A DNA stretch of 64,000 nucleotides from Octopus sinensis (GCF_006345805.1 NC_043004.1:32116001-32180000), one strand, 5' to 3'; positions 1-13,548 are shown, counted from the first letter of the stretch. Notes: a model not told the origin generated them from the letters alone. Numbers and translations: made by a program.

Positions 1-24
1 CAGGTATAATAATTTTTATTATTA

Positions 25-490
25 TGAGGGTCGGCTGAAATGTTCATAATCTGAGCAAGACACTCTCAATGGAATGTGACCAAATGAAGTTCATTTTCTA
101 ACATAGTTCCTCTTACTGTCCACACACTTCCATTAGTAGTTGCAGTGCTTGGGTCGCACTGGTGAAAAAGCTTTTCTGTTGATCAAAATGGTTATCAACA
201 ACAGATAAGATGTTCTCATCATAGTGATACTGGCGCTCAGCTGAGTGTTTTTCTATGTTGGGAAACAGATGATAACCAGAAGGAACCAAATCACTAACAT
301 AGGGAGCATGATCAACCAGTTCAAAGCCAGTCACATACAGCAGCCATTGAAACCAAGGACTTGTGTGCTGAAGCATTGTCCTAATGAAACAAGACCCCAT
401 TCATAAGTTTTTCTGGGTGTTTGGTCTTGATAGCCTTTCATAACTACCTTAGGAAGTTGGTATTGAAATTTTCCATTGATGGTGTGATCA
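25..490 (-). mobile_element. Mariner transposase remnant with one terminal inverted repeat
   Basis: Translation HAPYVSDLVPSGYHLFPNIEKH matches the mariner HPPYSPDLAPSDYHLF motif; a degenerate LFHxDNASAH motif lies upstream. Mariner-like end TA|tgagggtcggctgaaatgttca at 23-46. Confidence 0.85.
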
Positions 491-835
491 TTTTGAAGAT
501 AGACAATAAACACAATATTTTTTGCATTAATGCATAGTATATATAATAATGTGAAGTATATTTTGCATATTAAAATGTTTAATTTTGGAAATGTACCAAG
601 CAGAGCTAACACAAGCAGTAAAAATACAAATTGCATATATTTCAAAATATGGGACACTACATGACAAAAACTAACAAAAAAAAGGAAGAAAATAGTGGTG
701 CTTGTGTTCCAACGGTACAATGAGAAGGCTCAGGAGAAGGATAGAGAGATGGGGTAGAAGGAAGGAAGTTAGAAGGAAAGAAAAGAATGAAAAGTGAAAA
801 GATTGGGGATCTGAAATAAGTACTAGGCAGGAAAT

Positions 836-925
836 TGGCCCCTGTGCCGGTGGCACGTAAAAACAGCACCCACTACAATCTCAGAGAGGTTGGCGTTAGG
901 AAGGGCATCCAGCTGTAGAGAATGT
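836..925 (+). mobile_element. Fragment of the RTE-tail repeat family (no internal VNTR units)
   Basis: gcacccactac...ggttggcgttaggaagggcatccagctgtaga is shared with the RTE 3' ends at 35605 and 48318. Confidence 0.7.
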
Positions 926-1289
926 GGAGAAATAAGGGAATAAAGATAGACAGTAGGTAGTTGACAGAGATTGACAGGAAGAAATGGAAGGCAGTAAAGA
1001 GAGAAAAGCAGCAGATAGGTAGAGAGGTAGATAGAGGGGAGAGGAGAAGGATAGAGAAATAGATAGAAAAGAGAGACAGTCTTGCAACAAATATTGAACA
1101 CTGCGTAGGGTACCACTGAGTGGGAACAGAAGTGAGTGTGTGACATTACATTTACTAACAGACCTAAAATACTGCACAGAAAGTCAACAAACGCACATAT
1201 ATAATGATAAAGGAAATTTTTGTATACAGTGCTCAGGTGCACTACAACTAAAAAGAAAAAAAATGGCCATCAGGTGTACTGTTGGCGGA

Positions 1290-2060
1290 TTTCAGGACAC
1301 ATGGAAGTTTTGAAGGATGTAATATCTTGACAGCTAACAACTGATGCAGGTGGTTTATTCCATGCTTCTACAATTCTGAGTATGAAAAATTGTTTCCGAA
1401 AGTCATGGGTACTGTGTTATTTTTTGATTTTATAAGCATGTCTGGAATTCAAAAAGGTACCCAAGGTTGTTGTTGGAAACATGGTGGATAATCATGTGGG
1501 TGTCAATCAAGTCAGTTGCCAGACGTCTGGGCTTCAATGTATCCATGCCCAGGAATGCAAGACGTTCAGAGTATGGTAGATGTCTGACGGTGGGTATTTG
1601 CTTTGTTGCACATTTCTGAACAGTTTCCAGGAGATTTATATGCTGAGAAAGAGAGAGGTTCCAGACTGGTGATGCAAATTCCAAGTGTGGACATACCATT
1701 TTTGTATACAATTTTAAATAGATAACCGGAGAGTGGCTGACAAATGTCTTACTGAGTGATGCTAGCAACACCTCAGCCTTTTTGACAATCTTAGATATGT
1801 GGTTTGTCCAATGCAGATTGTTGTTTACAATAATACCCAGAACATGTCCACCAGAAGACTTCTTGAGACAGGTGTTGCTGAGAGATTATGTAAAAGCTGG
1901 ATTATTCCTCCCAAAATGCATGGTGACACACTTGTCTACAGATAGCTTGAGTTGCGAATCAGAGGTTCACTGCTGCAGTGTATCCAGATCTGATTGCAGG
2001 ATAGTATATGTTCTTTTTATTTCAAGGTACAGCTTGGTATCATCTGCATATTTCAACACT
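1290..2060 (-). mobile_element. CR1/L2-group LINE reverse transcriptase C-terminal remnant
   Basis: Translation LYTKMVCPHLEFASPVWN...LLETVQKCATK...YSERLAFLGMDTLKPRRLATDLI, then FRKQFFILRIVEAWNKPPASVV; interrupted by stops and frameshifts. Confidence 0.85.
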
Positions 2061-2061
2061 A

Positions 2062-3025
2062 AACTTCCCAGGAAGTTTTCGACCAAATTTCCCGGAAGTT
2101 AGAAAATCCTCGGAACATTCCAGGAAATTTTCGACCAAATATCCCGAAAGTTAGAAAATCATCGGAACATTCCAGGAAGTTTTCGACCAAATATCCCGGA
2201 AGTTAGAAAATCCTCCGAACTTCCCAGGAAGTTTTCGACCAAATTTCTCGGAAGTTAAAAAATCACCGGAACTTCCCAGGAAGTTTTCGACCAAATTTCC
2301 CGGAAGTTAGAAAATCCTCGGAACATTCCAGGAAAATTTCGACCAAATTTCCCGAAAATTAGAAAACCCTCGGAACATTCAAGGAAGTTTTCGACCAAAT
2401 ATCTCGGAAGTTAAAAAAATCATCGGAACTTCCCAGGATGTTTTCGACCAAATTTCTCGGAAGTTAGAAAATCCTCCGAACTTCCCAGGAAGTTTTCGAC
2501 CAAATTTCCCGAAAGTTAGAAAATCCTCGGAACATTCCAGGAAGTTTTCGGTCTAATATCTCGGAAGTTAAAAATCATCGGAATTTCCCAGGAAGTTTTT
2601 GACCAAATATCCCGGAAGTTAGAAAATTCTGGGAACTTCCCATGATGTTTTCGACCAAATTTCCGGAAGTTAGAAAATCATCGGAACTTCCCAGGAAGTT
2701 TTCGACCAAATTTCTCGGAAGTTAAAAAATCCTCGGAATATTCCAGGAAATTTTCGACCAAATTTACCGAAAGTTAGAAAACCCTCGCAACATTCCAGGA
2801 AGTTTTCGACCAAATTTCCCGGAAGTTAGAAAATCATCGGAACTTTCCATGAAGTTTTCGGTCTAATATCCCGAAAGTTATAAATACCTCGGAAATTCCC
2901 AGGATGTTTTCGACCAAATTTCCCGGACGTTAAATAATCCCCGGAATTCCCCAGGAAGTTTTCGACCAAATTTCCCGGAAGTTAGAAAATCATCGGAACT
3001 TTCCAGCAAGTTTTCGACCAAATTT
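2062..3025. repeat. 52-bp minisatellite, ~18.5 copies
   Basis: Anchor gaccaaat recurs at 2081, 2133, 2185 and onward (period 52). Unit ~ttccaggaagttttcgaccaaatttcccggaagttagaaaatcctcggaaca. Confidence 0.97.
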
Positions 3026-3029
3026 ATAT

Positions 3030-3435
3030 AAAAAGGAAATGATATCAAAAGCATTACCTATCGTCATCCTGACGCGGTTAACCACGAAGATCACTTCAGA
3101 GGTGCTTTTTTTACTCACAAGTCTAACCCGACCATCTGGAGAGGCAAGTCGATATCACCCAATAACGTCATCGGGCGTTGGACGGAGGGTCCGGTTAAAA
3201 TGATAGGAGGTTGGTTCGGTCCAGACATCCAGATAGAGAAGAACTGGAGCGAGGTGACGAGCAGGTTGGCCCACCTAACTCAGACCTGGTCTGAGCGGTG
3301 GCTATCCCTGATTACCTGCCGCCTTGCCGTTGTACGTTCTCCCAATTCGTGGCTAAGTAAGTTGGAACGTCTGCTCTTTCGCTTCATGCGGATGGGTAGC
3401 GGGTTTACGTTGAACAAATGCTGTCACGTCTAGGA
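3030..3435 (+). mobile_element. Tx1/L1-clade LINE RT remnant
   Basis: Translation GRWTEGPVKMIGGWFGPDIQIEKNWSEVTSRLAHLTQTWSERWLSL fits the Tx1-type 'LGVWFG...W..R.LSL' RT thumb region. Confidence 0.75.
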
Positions 3436-3934
3436 AAAGTACATCTGTCTTCTGAATTAATTTTAAAGATTGTTTCTCCTTCCTCTTTGAACAAAAAAGA
3501 TAAGGCTTGTTTTCTCGCTGTGATTTCTATAGCAAAAGAGGACTTGTATGAAAGTAGTTGCAACAGGCAACTTCATCTCTAGTCTTGCACTGGTGAACTT
3601 CTTGCAGGTGTCACCGATATGCGAATTTCCCAGTCTTATCGTTAAACGCACGAAACTGGGTATTAGTATTTTTGGTCAATAATTGTGGGAGAATTAGGGT
3701 TCTTGTGTCTGTCCTACGTGTACGTTTTGTAGTATTTAATGCCTTTTTCATTTATGGAATAACTGAACACCATTTATGGAATAACTGAACAAAAGAATCC
3801 CGACTTTTGTTAACAGTGAGGTGAATAAAATGTCGTCTAAATTACGCAAAAATGAAAATAACACTGACATCTCATTTTAACAGCTATATTTACCAAAATT
3901 ACATAAAAATATCTTGAAATTCTAAAGAGTAAAT

Positions 3935-4450
3935 TTATTCAATAAAATCGCCATTGACTTCAACCACAGCCTCCTCCAGACGACTGCAACTCTTCTGGAC
4001 GATCTCCTTTTTTAAGTTGGTGAATGCTGCCATAATCCTTGCCTTCAGTTCATCTTTGGTGTTAAAAGGAGTTTTGATGGTCTTTCGCTCAACTGCCCCC
4101 ACACATAACCAAGGGGGTTGGAGTCTGGAAAGTTAGGTGGCCAGATGTTAGGGGCGATGTAGTCTCAGAAATTGTCTGACAGCCAGGTCTAGGTTCTCCT
4201 GCTTGTGTGGCATGGTGCAGAGTCCTGTTGCCAGACAGAGGGTCTTCCAGCAGCCATCCTCTTGACCCAGGACAGCACTACCTCCTCCAGGCACTTGATA
4301 AAGGCCTCCGTGTTGAGTCTGAGGTCGTCTGAGAAGATGAATGGAGGCATAACGTCGCCATGACTAGTGATCACTCCAAACACCATGCTATTGACTGGAT
4401 GTTTGATTGTTATCTCTTTCGGTACATGTCCTCTGATTGACACCCAAACA
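3935..4450 (-). mobile_element. Tc1/mariner DD37D (maT-like) transposase C-terminal remnant
   Basis: Translation MVFGVITSHGDVMPPFIF...WQQDSAPCHTS, then after frameshifts PLDYVWGAVERKT...ELKARIMAAF...VNGDFIE*; stop at 3937-3935. Confidence 0.85.
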
Positions 4451-4659
4451 CTCTGAAATGCTCGCACTGGAGCTTCCGGTGCAAATGCCAAGCAGTACAA
4501 CCTGTCGTTTCCAAAGTTCTGGCTGAGTAAATTGCGTTATGGTGCTGTTTTTCTCACAGACAGTGCCCAACTGACCCTACCATATTGTGTAGTCGACGAA
4601 ATCAAAAACATAGCGCATGCGCGAAATTAAAAAGATAAAATAGCGAAAAATTTACCCAT

Positions 4660-5682
<1,023 letters not shown>

Positions 5683-6230
5683 ACAAATGAATGACAGAAG
5701 ATGGAATACACGAGAATTTATTATTAATCACGACAATTGTTTCAACACATCTAGCATAGATCCCTCTTGGGTGGACACTCAACAACTGGTTCAGGAGCAT
5801 CCGGTGGTGCAGATTTATCTCGTCGTGTGATAAATAAATACAACTCGTTAAAATGACTGTTCTGCAATGTAACATTCCGTTTTGTAGAGAGAAAAACAAC
5901 CAGACAGAGGAAATATCTTCATTTATATAAGAAAATCAAAAATAAAATTACAGATGGCAAGAAGAGAAACGAACACGCAATCCAGCGAGAAAAGTATTAA
6001 AAATAACCGTTAAGAGATATGGATGTAGAAACGCCCTTAGACAAGCTGCATTGCACGAGGACACTCGCTCGTACAAGCATCCGCAAAAATGTGAGCATAC
6101 ACACACGTGGGGTTTGGTGCACTCATGATCACAAAGCGAGTAAGTTATCTACTTGGTGTTTATAAGAATAGGGAGGTGAAAAGTAAACTTAAGTCATCCA
6201 TAACTTAAAGAAAATTAAGTTAACGGTTAC

Positions 6231-6710
6231 TCAAAATTCATTCTCGTTAGTCCACAAAATAGACAGGGATTCTTCAGAGCAGAGACGGTATCTCCTGGAA
6301 ATTATATTGTATGGTTTCACATACCTTACTATAGACCAATTAATGCTGTACTTTGTTTTATCCCCCTTCAGTCGCCATACAAAATCTGCCAAAGATGTTG
6401 AATGTCTCTCATTGATTGTCTTAAAACTGGCAACATGGTTACAATAACGATTCATAAATGAATCAGCTGTCTGCCCAATGTAAATATAGGCCCTCCTTTT
6501 GTGTGCACGGTACATTTATATACAAGATTTGTACTCATACAGAGATTCATCAAAGGACATTTTGATTTTTCTCTACATGAGCATTTATCGTATTCATTTG
6601 TATATAAGGCAGTCCTGACTCCATTTACCGGTGTTGTTACCATGCTAACTGTATCATAAGTATTTCTACTACAAATTGGTCGTAGTTTGATAGATAGATA
6701 TTTATACACA
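6231..6710 (-). mobile_element. Penelope-like element GIY-YIG endonuclease remnant
   Basis: Translation CSCREKSKCPLMNLCMSTNLVYKCTV / YIYIGQTADSFMNRYCNHVASF...STSLADFVWRLK...WSIVRYVKPY...LCSEE; Cys-rich linker plus GIY-YIG, frameshifted. Confidence 0.85.
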
Positions 6711-7241
6711 GTTACTTATTTATTTATATATGTCTTCATTTCCTTTATTTGTTTATTCTTCTTTATTTGCCAATACCTCCTCATTTGTTTACTTCTTTAT
6801 TTACTTCAATTCTTTATTTATGTGTAACCCGTAATTGTCGTCATAGCAACCACAGCTCATCTTCCACTACAAAGTGATTGCCATCAATGCTAACATGACT
6901 GGCCTATTAACAAATATCACTCAACAGACTGCGAAGAAGTCATTTCCAACATACCTCAATTTCTGGTCCACACACGTGTCGTGTTCTGTCTCTGCCTTTT
7001 GTACCATGAATACAGTTGTCTTTGCTCCTTAGAACTGATTGGTCTCAATCCACTTCTATTTAGTGACTTGTCAATTATTTGTCTTTCTTATTGCCAAACA
7101 TTGTACTAACTTCTATGTCCAGTTCTCCATTCATAGAAGTATGTCGTCCTTCTGACTCCCATCCCAGCTCTCCATATATTTCCTTGTAGCCATTGGCATT
7201 TGTATCTGTTCAACAGGAACATCAGGAACAATAATCATGTT

Positions 7242-7490
7242 GATCTCACTGCCTTAGAAGTCCTCACGAGATCTCACTGGTCTCGAAGGGTTTCACTAGA
7301 TCTCACTGATTTTGTAGTGTCTTACCGGACCTCACTAACTTCAGAGTGCTTCATGGGATCCCACTGGTCTCAATGGGTTTCACAAAACCTCATTGGTTTC
7401 GGAGGGCCTTACGGGACGCCACGGGACCCCACAAAAGCTCACTGGTTAAGGACGATCTCACTGGTCTTGGAAAGCCTTGTGAAGTCCATG
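7242..7490. repeat. Degenerate 29-bp minisatellite (~8 units)
   Basis: gatctcactg-type anchor recurs every 28-29 nt. Confidence 0.75.
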
Positions 7491-8272
7491 GGTATTGCAT
7501 CTTGAGACTAGAGCAATAAAAAGAAAAGAAAACAATACACCATCATTACCACCACCACCGCCGCCGCCATCACCACCACCACCACCACCACCGCTACTGC
7601 CCACCACTGCTCTCAACATCACCAAATACATTAAATATCATTGCTACTATTACTAAGCCCACTATTACCATTAATATTAAATCCATTACAATTACAACCA
7701 CTGTTACTACCGCTGCCGCCACCACCACTAATGCAAACACCACCGTCATCATTATCGTGTTCATAATTAATAATATTACGTCTGCTGCCATGTAACAGCA
7801 ATTAAATATTTGGGAGTTTGGATTGAGTTTCAAAATAGACATATTTTAGATGTGTTACTGGAAAGTTTTAATGTTATGACGTCGTGAGAGACAGGGGTGG
7901 ATAGGAGAGCGGTATATAAATGCGTAGCAAATGTATGTTCATAGATCGCCTACCTAGGTTTAAATATTCAGAAAATGGCTAATGCGCAGATTTTCTACAA
8001 TTTGTCATGTGATGGTGTAATACAATGACCGAGTCCGCTATTGAGATTGGATATGTTAGTTGTTCAATCGAATCACGTCACAAACCAACTAAGCGCGGCA
8101 AAATAGTTTTGCTCTCTGGAGCCTTAAAGCTGCTATAAATAAGAGAATCTTTCCCATTTTCACCAGTGAAATCGGTATCTTCGGAGAGAGAGAGAGGTGA
8201 GTTGTTTTTCAGGTAGCTTTGACGCGCTACTTGGGTTCCTGTTACCATGTACTCACACACTTATCTCTCATA

Positions 8273-8441
8273 CACTAGCGTAACTAGAGTGTGAGCCGCC
8301 CGGGGCAGCCCTTTCGTTTACCGCTCCCGGACCCCACAAAAAAAAAACACATACTGCCTACAACAGACCCAAAAGTAGTGATCCTTTAAAAGTGCCGCCT
8401 GGGGCGCACCGCCCCTACGCCCCCGCCTAGCTACGCTAGTA
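8273..8441. mobile_element. hAT-type MITE
   Basis: TIRs cactagcgtaactag / ctagctacgctagta; 8-bp flanks ctctcata / ttctcata (7/8 identical), consistent with a hAT TSD. Confidence 0.75.
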
Positions 8442-9236
8442 TTCTCATAGAATCATAGTTTATCTTTTTGACCTGGGATCATTGGAAAGTCAGCAGTGCA
8501 TTGAGGACGATCGGAAAAGTAAATAAAAATTTATTATAAAATAAGACCTTCAAGTAAGACATTAATTATTTGGTTTCAATTTCCAGTTTGAAATTACTTG
8601 GTTTATTTAAGTCACTATCATCCCTGCTTGAGCAGAACTTAAAAGCATACATTTAAGACATCGACGTTCAGTTTCATTTCCGCACCTAATCTCAGGGCCA
8701 GCAAACCGTGTGTGTGTGTGTACTTGAGCGCGCGCGCGCACAAGTGTATGAGTGAGACAAAGAGAGTGAGTGTGCTGGTTAAAATTCTTAAAATTAAACT
8801 ACGGTTAAGTTACGAATTACAATTTTGTTTTCAATTTCGTTTACAATAATGATTTCTTTTGACACATTCTACCAGTATACGAAGTTTCAAATTGTTTAGT
8901 TAACTAGGAAAATCTGGCCTTCAAAAAGAAAAGATCCGAGAGAAAGAGTGTGCACATGTATGAGAGCGTGTATGTGGAGTTTGTGCGAGTATGTGAGTAT
9001 GTATGTGTATGAGTGTGAGTGCGCGCGTGTTGTGAGTGTGTGTGTGTGTGTGTATGTGTGTGTGAGGATAAAAGTGTAAGTGAATGAGTGTGAGTGAATG
9101 CGTATGAGTGTATGTGTGAGTTTGTGTCAGCGCGTCAATGTGCGTATCTGTGAGTACGTTTATGAGTGTGAATGTGACTGTGTCTGTGTGTATGTGACTT
9201 TATGTGTGTATATGTGTGGGAGAGAGAGAGAGGGGG

Positions 9237-9277
<41 letters not shown>

Positions 9278-10012
9278 GACAGGTTGTTATTTATCCTCAT
9301 TTAAAGCATCGTGACCATTCTGTCTTTAGGACCGCGCCTACATAATCCATTGTCTTCTTTTCTTATTTAAGAAGTTTAGCAGCAACGTAAAACAAATTTG
9401 GCTGCTATTTCTAGTTGGTGCAGCGACCACGTAAAAGTCGTACCAGATGTTACGTCAGACGGTCGTTCGTTCAATCAATAACTGTTGTCATGGCAACGGG
9501 TAGTCAGTTGGTGTTTTATATTTGATTAGAAGTGAGTCGGTTCACCGTCTTCAAGAAAATTGTCTGTCAAGAACGATGACAAATAACAACGACAGCAGCC
9601 ATTGTACATCAAGACGACGACGACGACTACAACAACATCAACAACAACAACATGAACTTTCCGTTATGTCAACGATGAAGAAAGAAATCGATATGTAGAT
9701 AAAAATCGAGCCATTTCAACAACGGAACGCTGGCTAGAAAGATTCATTTACATATCATTTACATGTCATTTGCATGTCATTTACATGTCATTGACATGTC
9801 ACTTCACAAGTTTGACACATTTCATCCTCTAATTGTCTTCTTTTGTTCTTACAAGAATTCTGCCAAAATTTAATGGGCCCGTTGTTTCTGACTGCCCAGT
9901 TTTGGCCAAAAGGGAATTTATAAACTGATATAACAAAGTTGGAGATTTCATACACTAACAACTGTATCAGTTTTAAATGCTTTAAAAGAGAGGAAGAGAT
10001 CACACACACACA

Positions 10013-10094
<82 letters not shown>

Positions 10095-10970
10095 CTGAGT
10101 ATGATAAAGTGACTATATTATAGAGCCGCAATCCTTAACTACCGCAGGGTAGAGGTTAGATTTAAGGATCACAACAAAATTTAAGATGATATTTTATTTG
10201 TCCTTAAGCTGGAAAAAAAACAGCCTTATCGTTATTCATTACTTTTACTAGATTTATTTTCCAAAATGCTAATTTTAAGGATGCAGATGTTAAATTATTA
10301 TAAACAGAACGACTATATCGAGGTCGACAAAATGGTGTTTCACCAACCAGCTTCCGTTTTATTTCTCCTACAATGTCGAACAACACGATCTCTTCTTTTA
10401 TTAATGATATCTGATACTTTTGGAAGCTTATTATATACCGTAGTTCTCGGCACACAAATTGAATAATTTAGACCAAAACTTGCACCCATAAATGGTTGGT
10501 CGTTTTAGGCAACTTCGGAGGACCAAAAGTACTAAAATGTAACAGGATTTGGGAAAATAGTGACGATGTAAACTATATGTTTACATTTTGTACTATGTCG
10601 ACTTGCATGCTGTAAAAATAAGCTAATCTTTCTTTGCTTGGGCGTTCCTGCACGGATATATTCAAAATTGCATGAAGCATGAGTGTACATGTACATTGTT
10701 TCATGTCTTATGTTAGTATCCAGATGACAGAATCGTAACTACTATGCTGGTATTCCGAGAATACAACTGTCATTTTTCGCTGCATTGCGTATTTGTTTCT
10801 TTTTGCATCTAATATTCATTATTAATCTTCCATAATAATGAAGCTGTGTCCCTTAATTTGCTGCTTTTGCATACACATACCAAGAAGAAATCTTGCAGAA
10901 CAGACGTTATTTTAATGAGATACATCTTGTAATCACCTGAGGAGACGCCTGCGGATCGCTACAAGATCAG

Positions 10971-11077
<107 letters not shown>

Positions 11078-11185
11078 TAAATAGTAAATAATATATAGTA
11101 TATCTATATATTATTTACTATTTATTATTTACCTGAACGTCACGCATCTGTTTCCAATATATATATATATATACATATTGATAGA

Positions 11186-11860
11186 AATGGTAAGACAACA
11201 ATAGAATGAAAGAGACCTCGATATTATGTAAATAGAGGAATTTATCTGTAAATATAATATGTGACAATTATTCGGTTGCCATGATAAAACTCCGAGTTTC
11301 GGATGTCGGGGCGGAAGCCGACGCCGCCATCTCTTCAGTTATCCAGCCATCGAAAGTGACCTTTAATATAAGCAAGTATTTCTTAGCACTGATAGATACA
11401 CATTTTCCAGTCAACCATAGTTACAGAAAGCTCTTCAATAGACATAACTTAAAAATCAGTTTCAGCTCAACTACCAATTTTAAAAATGTAATCGCACACA
11501 ACACACAAAAACCACAATATGAAACCAGCTGTTCATGCAGGGATAAAAATTTGTGCCCGCTAAATGGAGCTTGCATGTCCGAGACCATCATTTATGAAGC
11601 CACCGTGAACTCTGTATCCACTAAGGACACACTTTCGACGAAGAAATACGTGGACCTTACAGACGGTAATTTCAAGGCCAGGTTCAATAATCACACCTTG
11701 AGCTTCAGGTACTGGGATAAAAGAAAACGACCAAATTATCCAGTCATAAATGGTTTCGATGGCAGGATAACTGAAGAGATGGCGGCCTGGGTTCCTGCCC
11801 CGACATTCGAAACTCGGAGTTTTATCATGGCTACCGAATAATTGTCACATATTATATTTA
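11186..11860 (+). mobile_element. Truncated Penelope-like element: GIY-YIG fragment between 96-bp inverted pseudo-LTR arms
   Basis: ORF 11281-11841 contains CSCRDKNLCPLNGACMSETIIYEATV...KYVDLTDGNFKARFNNHTLSF. Arm 11249-11344 is the reverse complement of arm 11765-11860. Confidence 0.85.
11766..11826 (+). ncRNA. Type I hammerhead ribozyme-like motif (PLE type)
   Basis: gataa-CTGAAGA-[gatg...cattc]-GAAA-C-tcgga-GTT-ttatc: 5-bp stem I, intact core, pseudo-palindromic stem III. The mirror copy lies on the minus strand at 11283-11343. Confidence 0.6.
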
Positions 11861-12249
11861 CACACACACACACGCACATACACACACGCACTCACACACA
11901 TACGCATACACACACACACACACATATACACATACATACATACATACATACATTAAAATGAGGAGAATTAAGAATTTGAACATTCAAACTTTTTGCTTTT
12001 TTCCAACTACAATAAAAGTCCGATACACGTTTCGATCGCATCAATCGCATATTGTTGCATATTCGTATGCAACGATTTATGCATTATTGTAACAATATGC
12101 GAATGGTGCGATCGAAAAACGTCAGATTTTTAGTGTAACTGGAAATAAACAAAAAGTTTGCATGTTCAAATTCTTCCTTATCCTCATTTTAATATTGTTC
12201 TTTACACTAAAAGTAGCCAAGAAATAAACTGGAAAGGATGAGAGAAGAA

Positions 12250-12500
12250 AAGAAAAGGGAGAGAAGAGGAGATAACGAGAACGGTCGTTTTTTCGTGTTG
12301 CGTGTCTTGTTTTCCGTTTGTTTCTTTCGTTGTTCGCAAAAAAAGTTCGTATTCCATGTCTTCGTATTTTGTATTTCATGTTGTTTTCGTATTTCATGTT
12401 TATTTTATGTTGTTTACGTTCAGTGGTATCCTGTGCCCATATATGCATATATATACAAATATATGTGTGTACATATGTATGTGTATGTATGCATATATAT
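12250..12500 (+). repeat. Interspersed T-rich repeat family (copies also at 13120-13320 +, 14950-15110 -, 31590-31720 +)
   Basis: Shared ...ttcgcaaaaaaagttcgtattccatgtc... and/or ggtgtcctgt(g/a)c(c)catatatgc ends; flanked by (TA)/(CATA) tracts. Confidence 0.75.
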
Positions 12501-13354
12501 TTATATATTATTTATATTATTATATGATTGAACGCCACGCATCCATTTCCAAGTAAGTTTTATCTTAATATTTATGCGACACTTCCTATCTCTTTCTCTC
12601 TCTTTTCTTCCCCTCTTTCGTTTCCTCTCTCTTCCTATCTCTTTCTGTTTTTTCCTCCCCTCTTTCGTTTCTTTTCTCTTACTTTCTGTATTCTCTTTAT
12701 CTCCTCCTCTCTCCCTTTCGTTTTCCTCTCTCATCCTTTCTTTTCCCCTTCCCTTCGCCGTTCTCTGTCTGTCCCCCTCTCTCTCCCTCACCCTTTCGCC
12801 TTTGCTCTCTCCTTGCTCGCATGTGTCCGTCGACCATCTTTCTTTCACTAGCTTGAATTTCCTTCTTTCTCTCTGATCATCCACGGGGTTGGATGCATTC
12901 TTGTCTGTCTCTTGTCAGAGCTTGTTTCTTTAAATTCACCAACTCAACTCGTCTAGGCTTAGCAGCCCTTCTTGTCTGTTTTCACTGTCTTGTTTTTGTT
13001 TCCAACTTTTGTTACCTCCGTAAAATCCCAAATTTATTTAATTTGTTTTGCGGGAGAAACTGTTTTGTCGAAAATGTATCTTGTGAAATGATTGAAATAC
13101 GAAGTAGAAAAAGAGCCAATGGCGGGTCGTTTCTTCGTGTTGCTTGTCTTGTTTTTCGTTTGTTTCTTTCGTTGTTCGCAAAAAAAGTTCGTATTCCATG
13201 TCTTCGTATTTCGTATTTCATGTTCTTTTCGTATTTTTTGTTTATTTTATGTTGTTAACGTTCCGTGGTGTCCTGTGCCCATATATGCGTGTACATATGT
13301 ATGTACATATATATGTGTATGCATATATATTTATATATCATTTATATATATTAT

Positions 13355-13401
<47 letters not shown>

Positions 13402-13403
13402 CT

Positions 13404-13548
13404 GTTTTACTCTTTTTGATTGCGGCCATACCTGAGCATTGCCTCGGTTTCTTTTACTGAACCGCTAAGTTACGGGGGACGTAAACACACGATTATCGGT
13501 TGTCAAGCGATGGTGTGGGTACAAATACAGACACACAAATACATACAT

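Noticed and set aside
7877-7920. TGACGTC plus TATATAAA promoter-like pair; also octamer and CCAAT at 26035-26060
   Set aside because: Short motifs expected by chance in AT-rich DNA, with no downstream gene identified.
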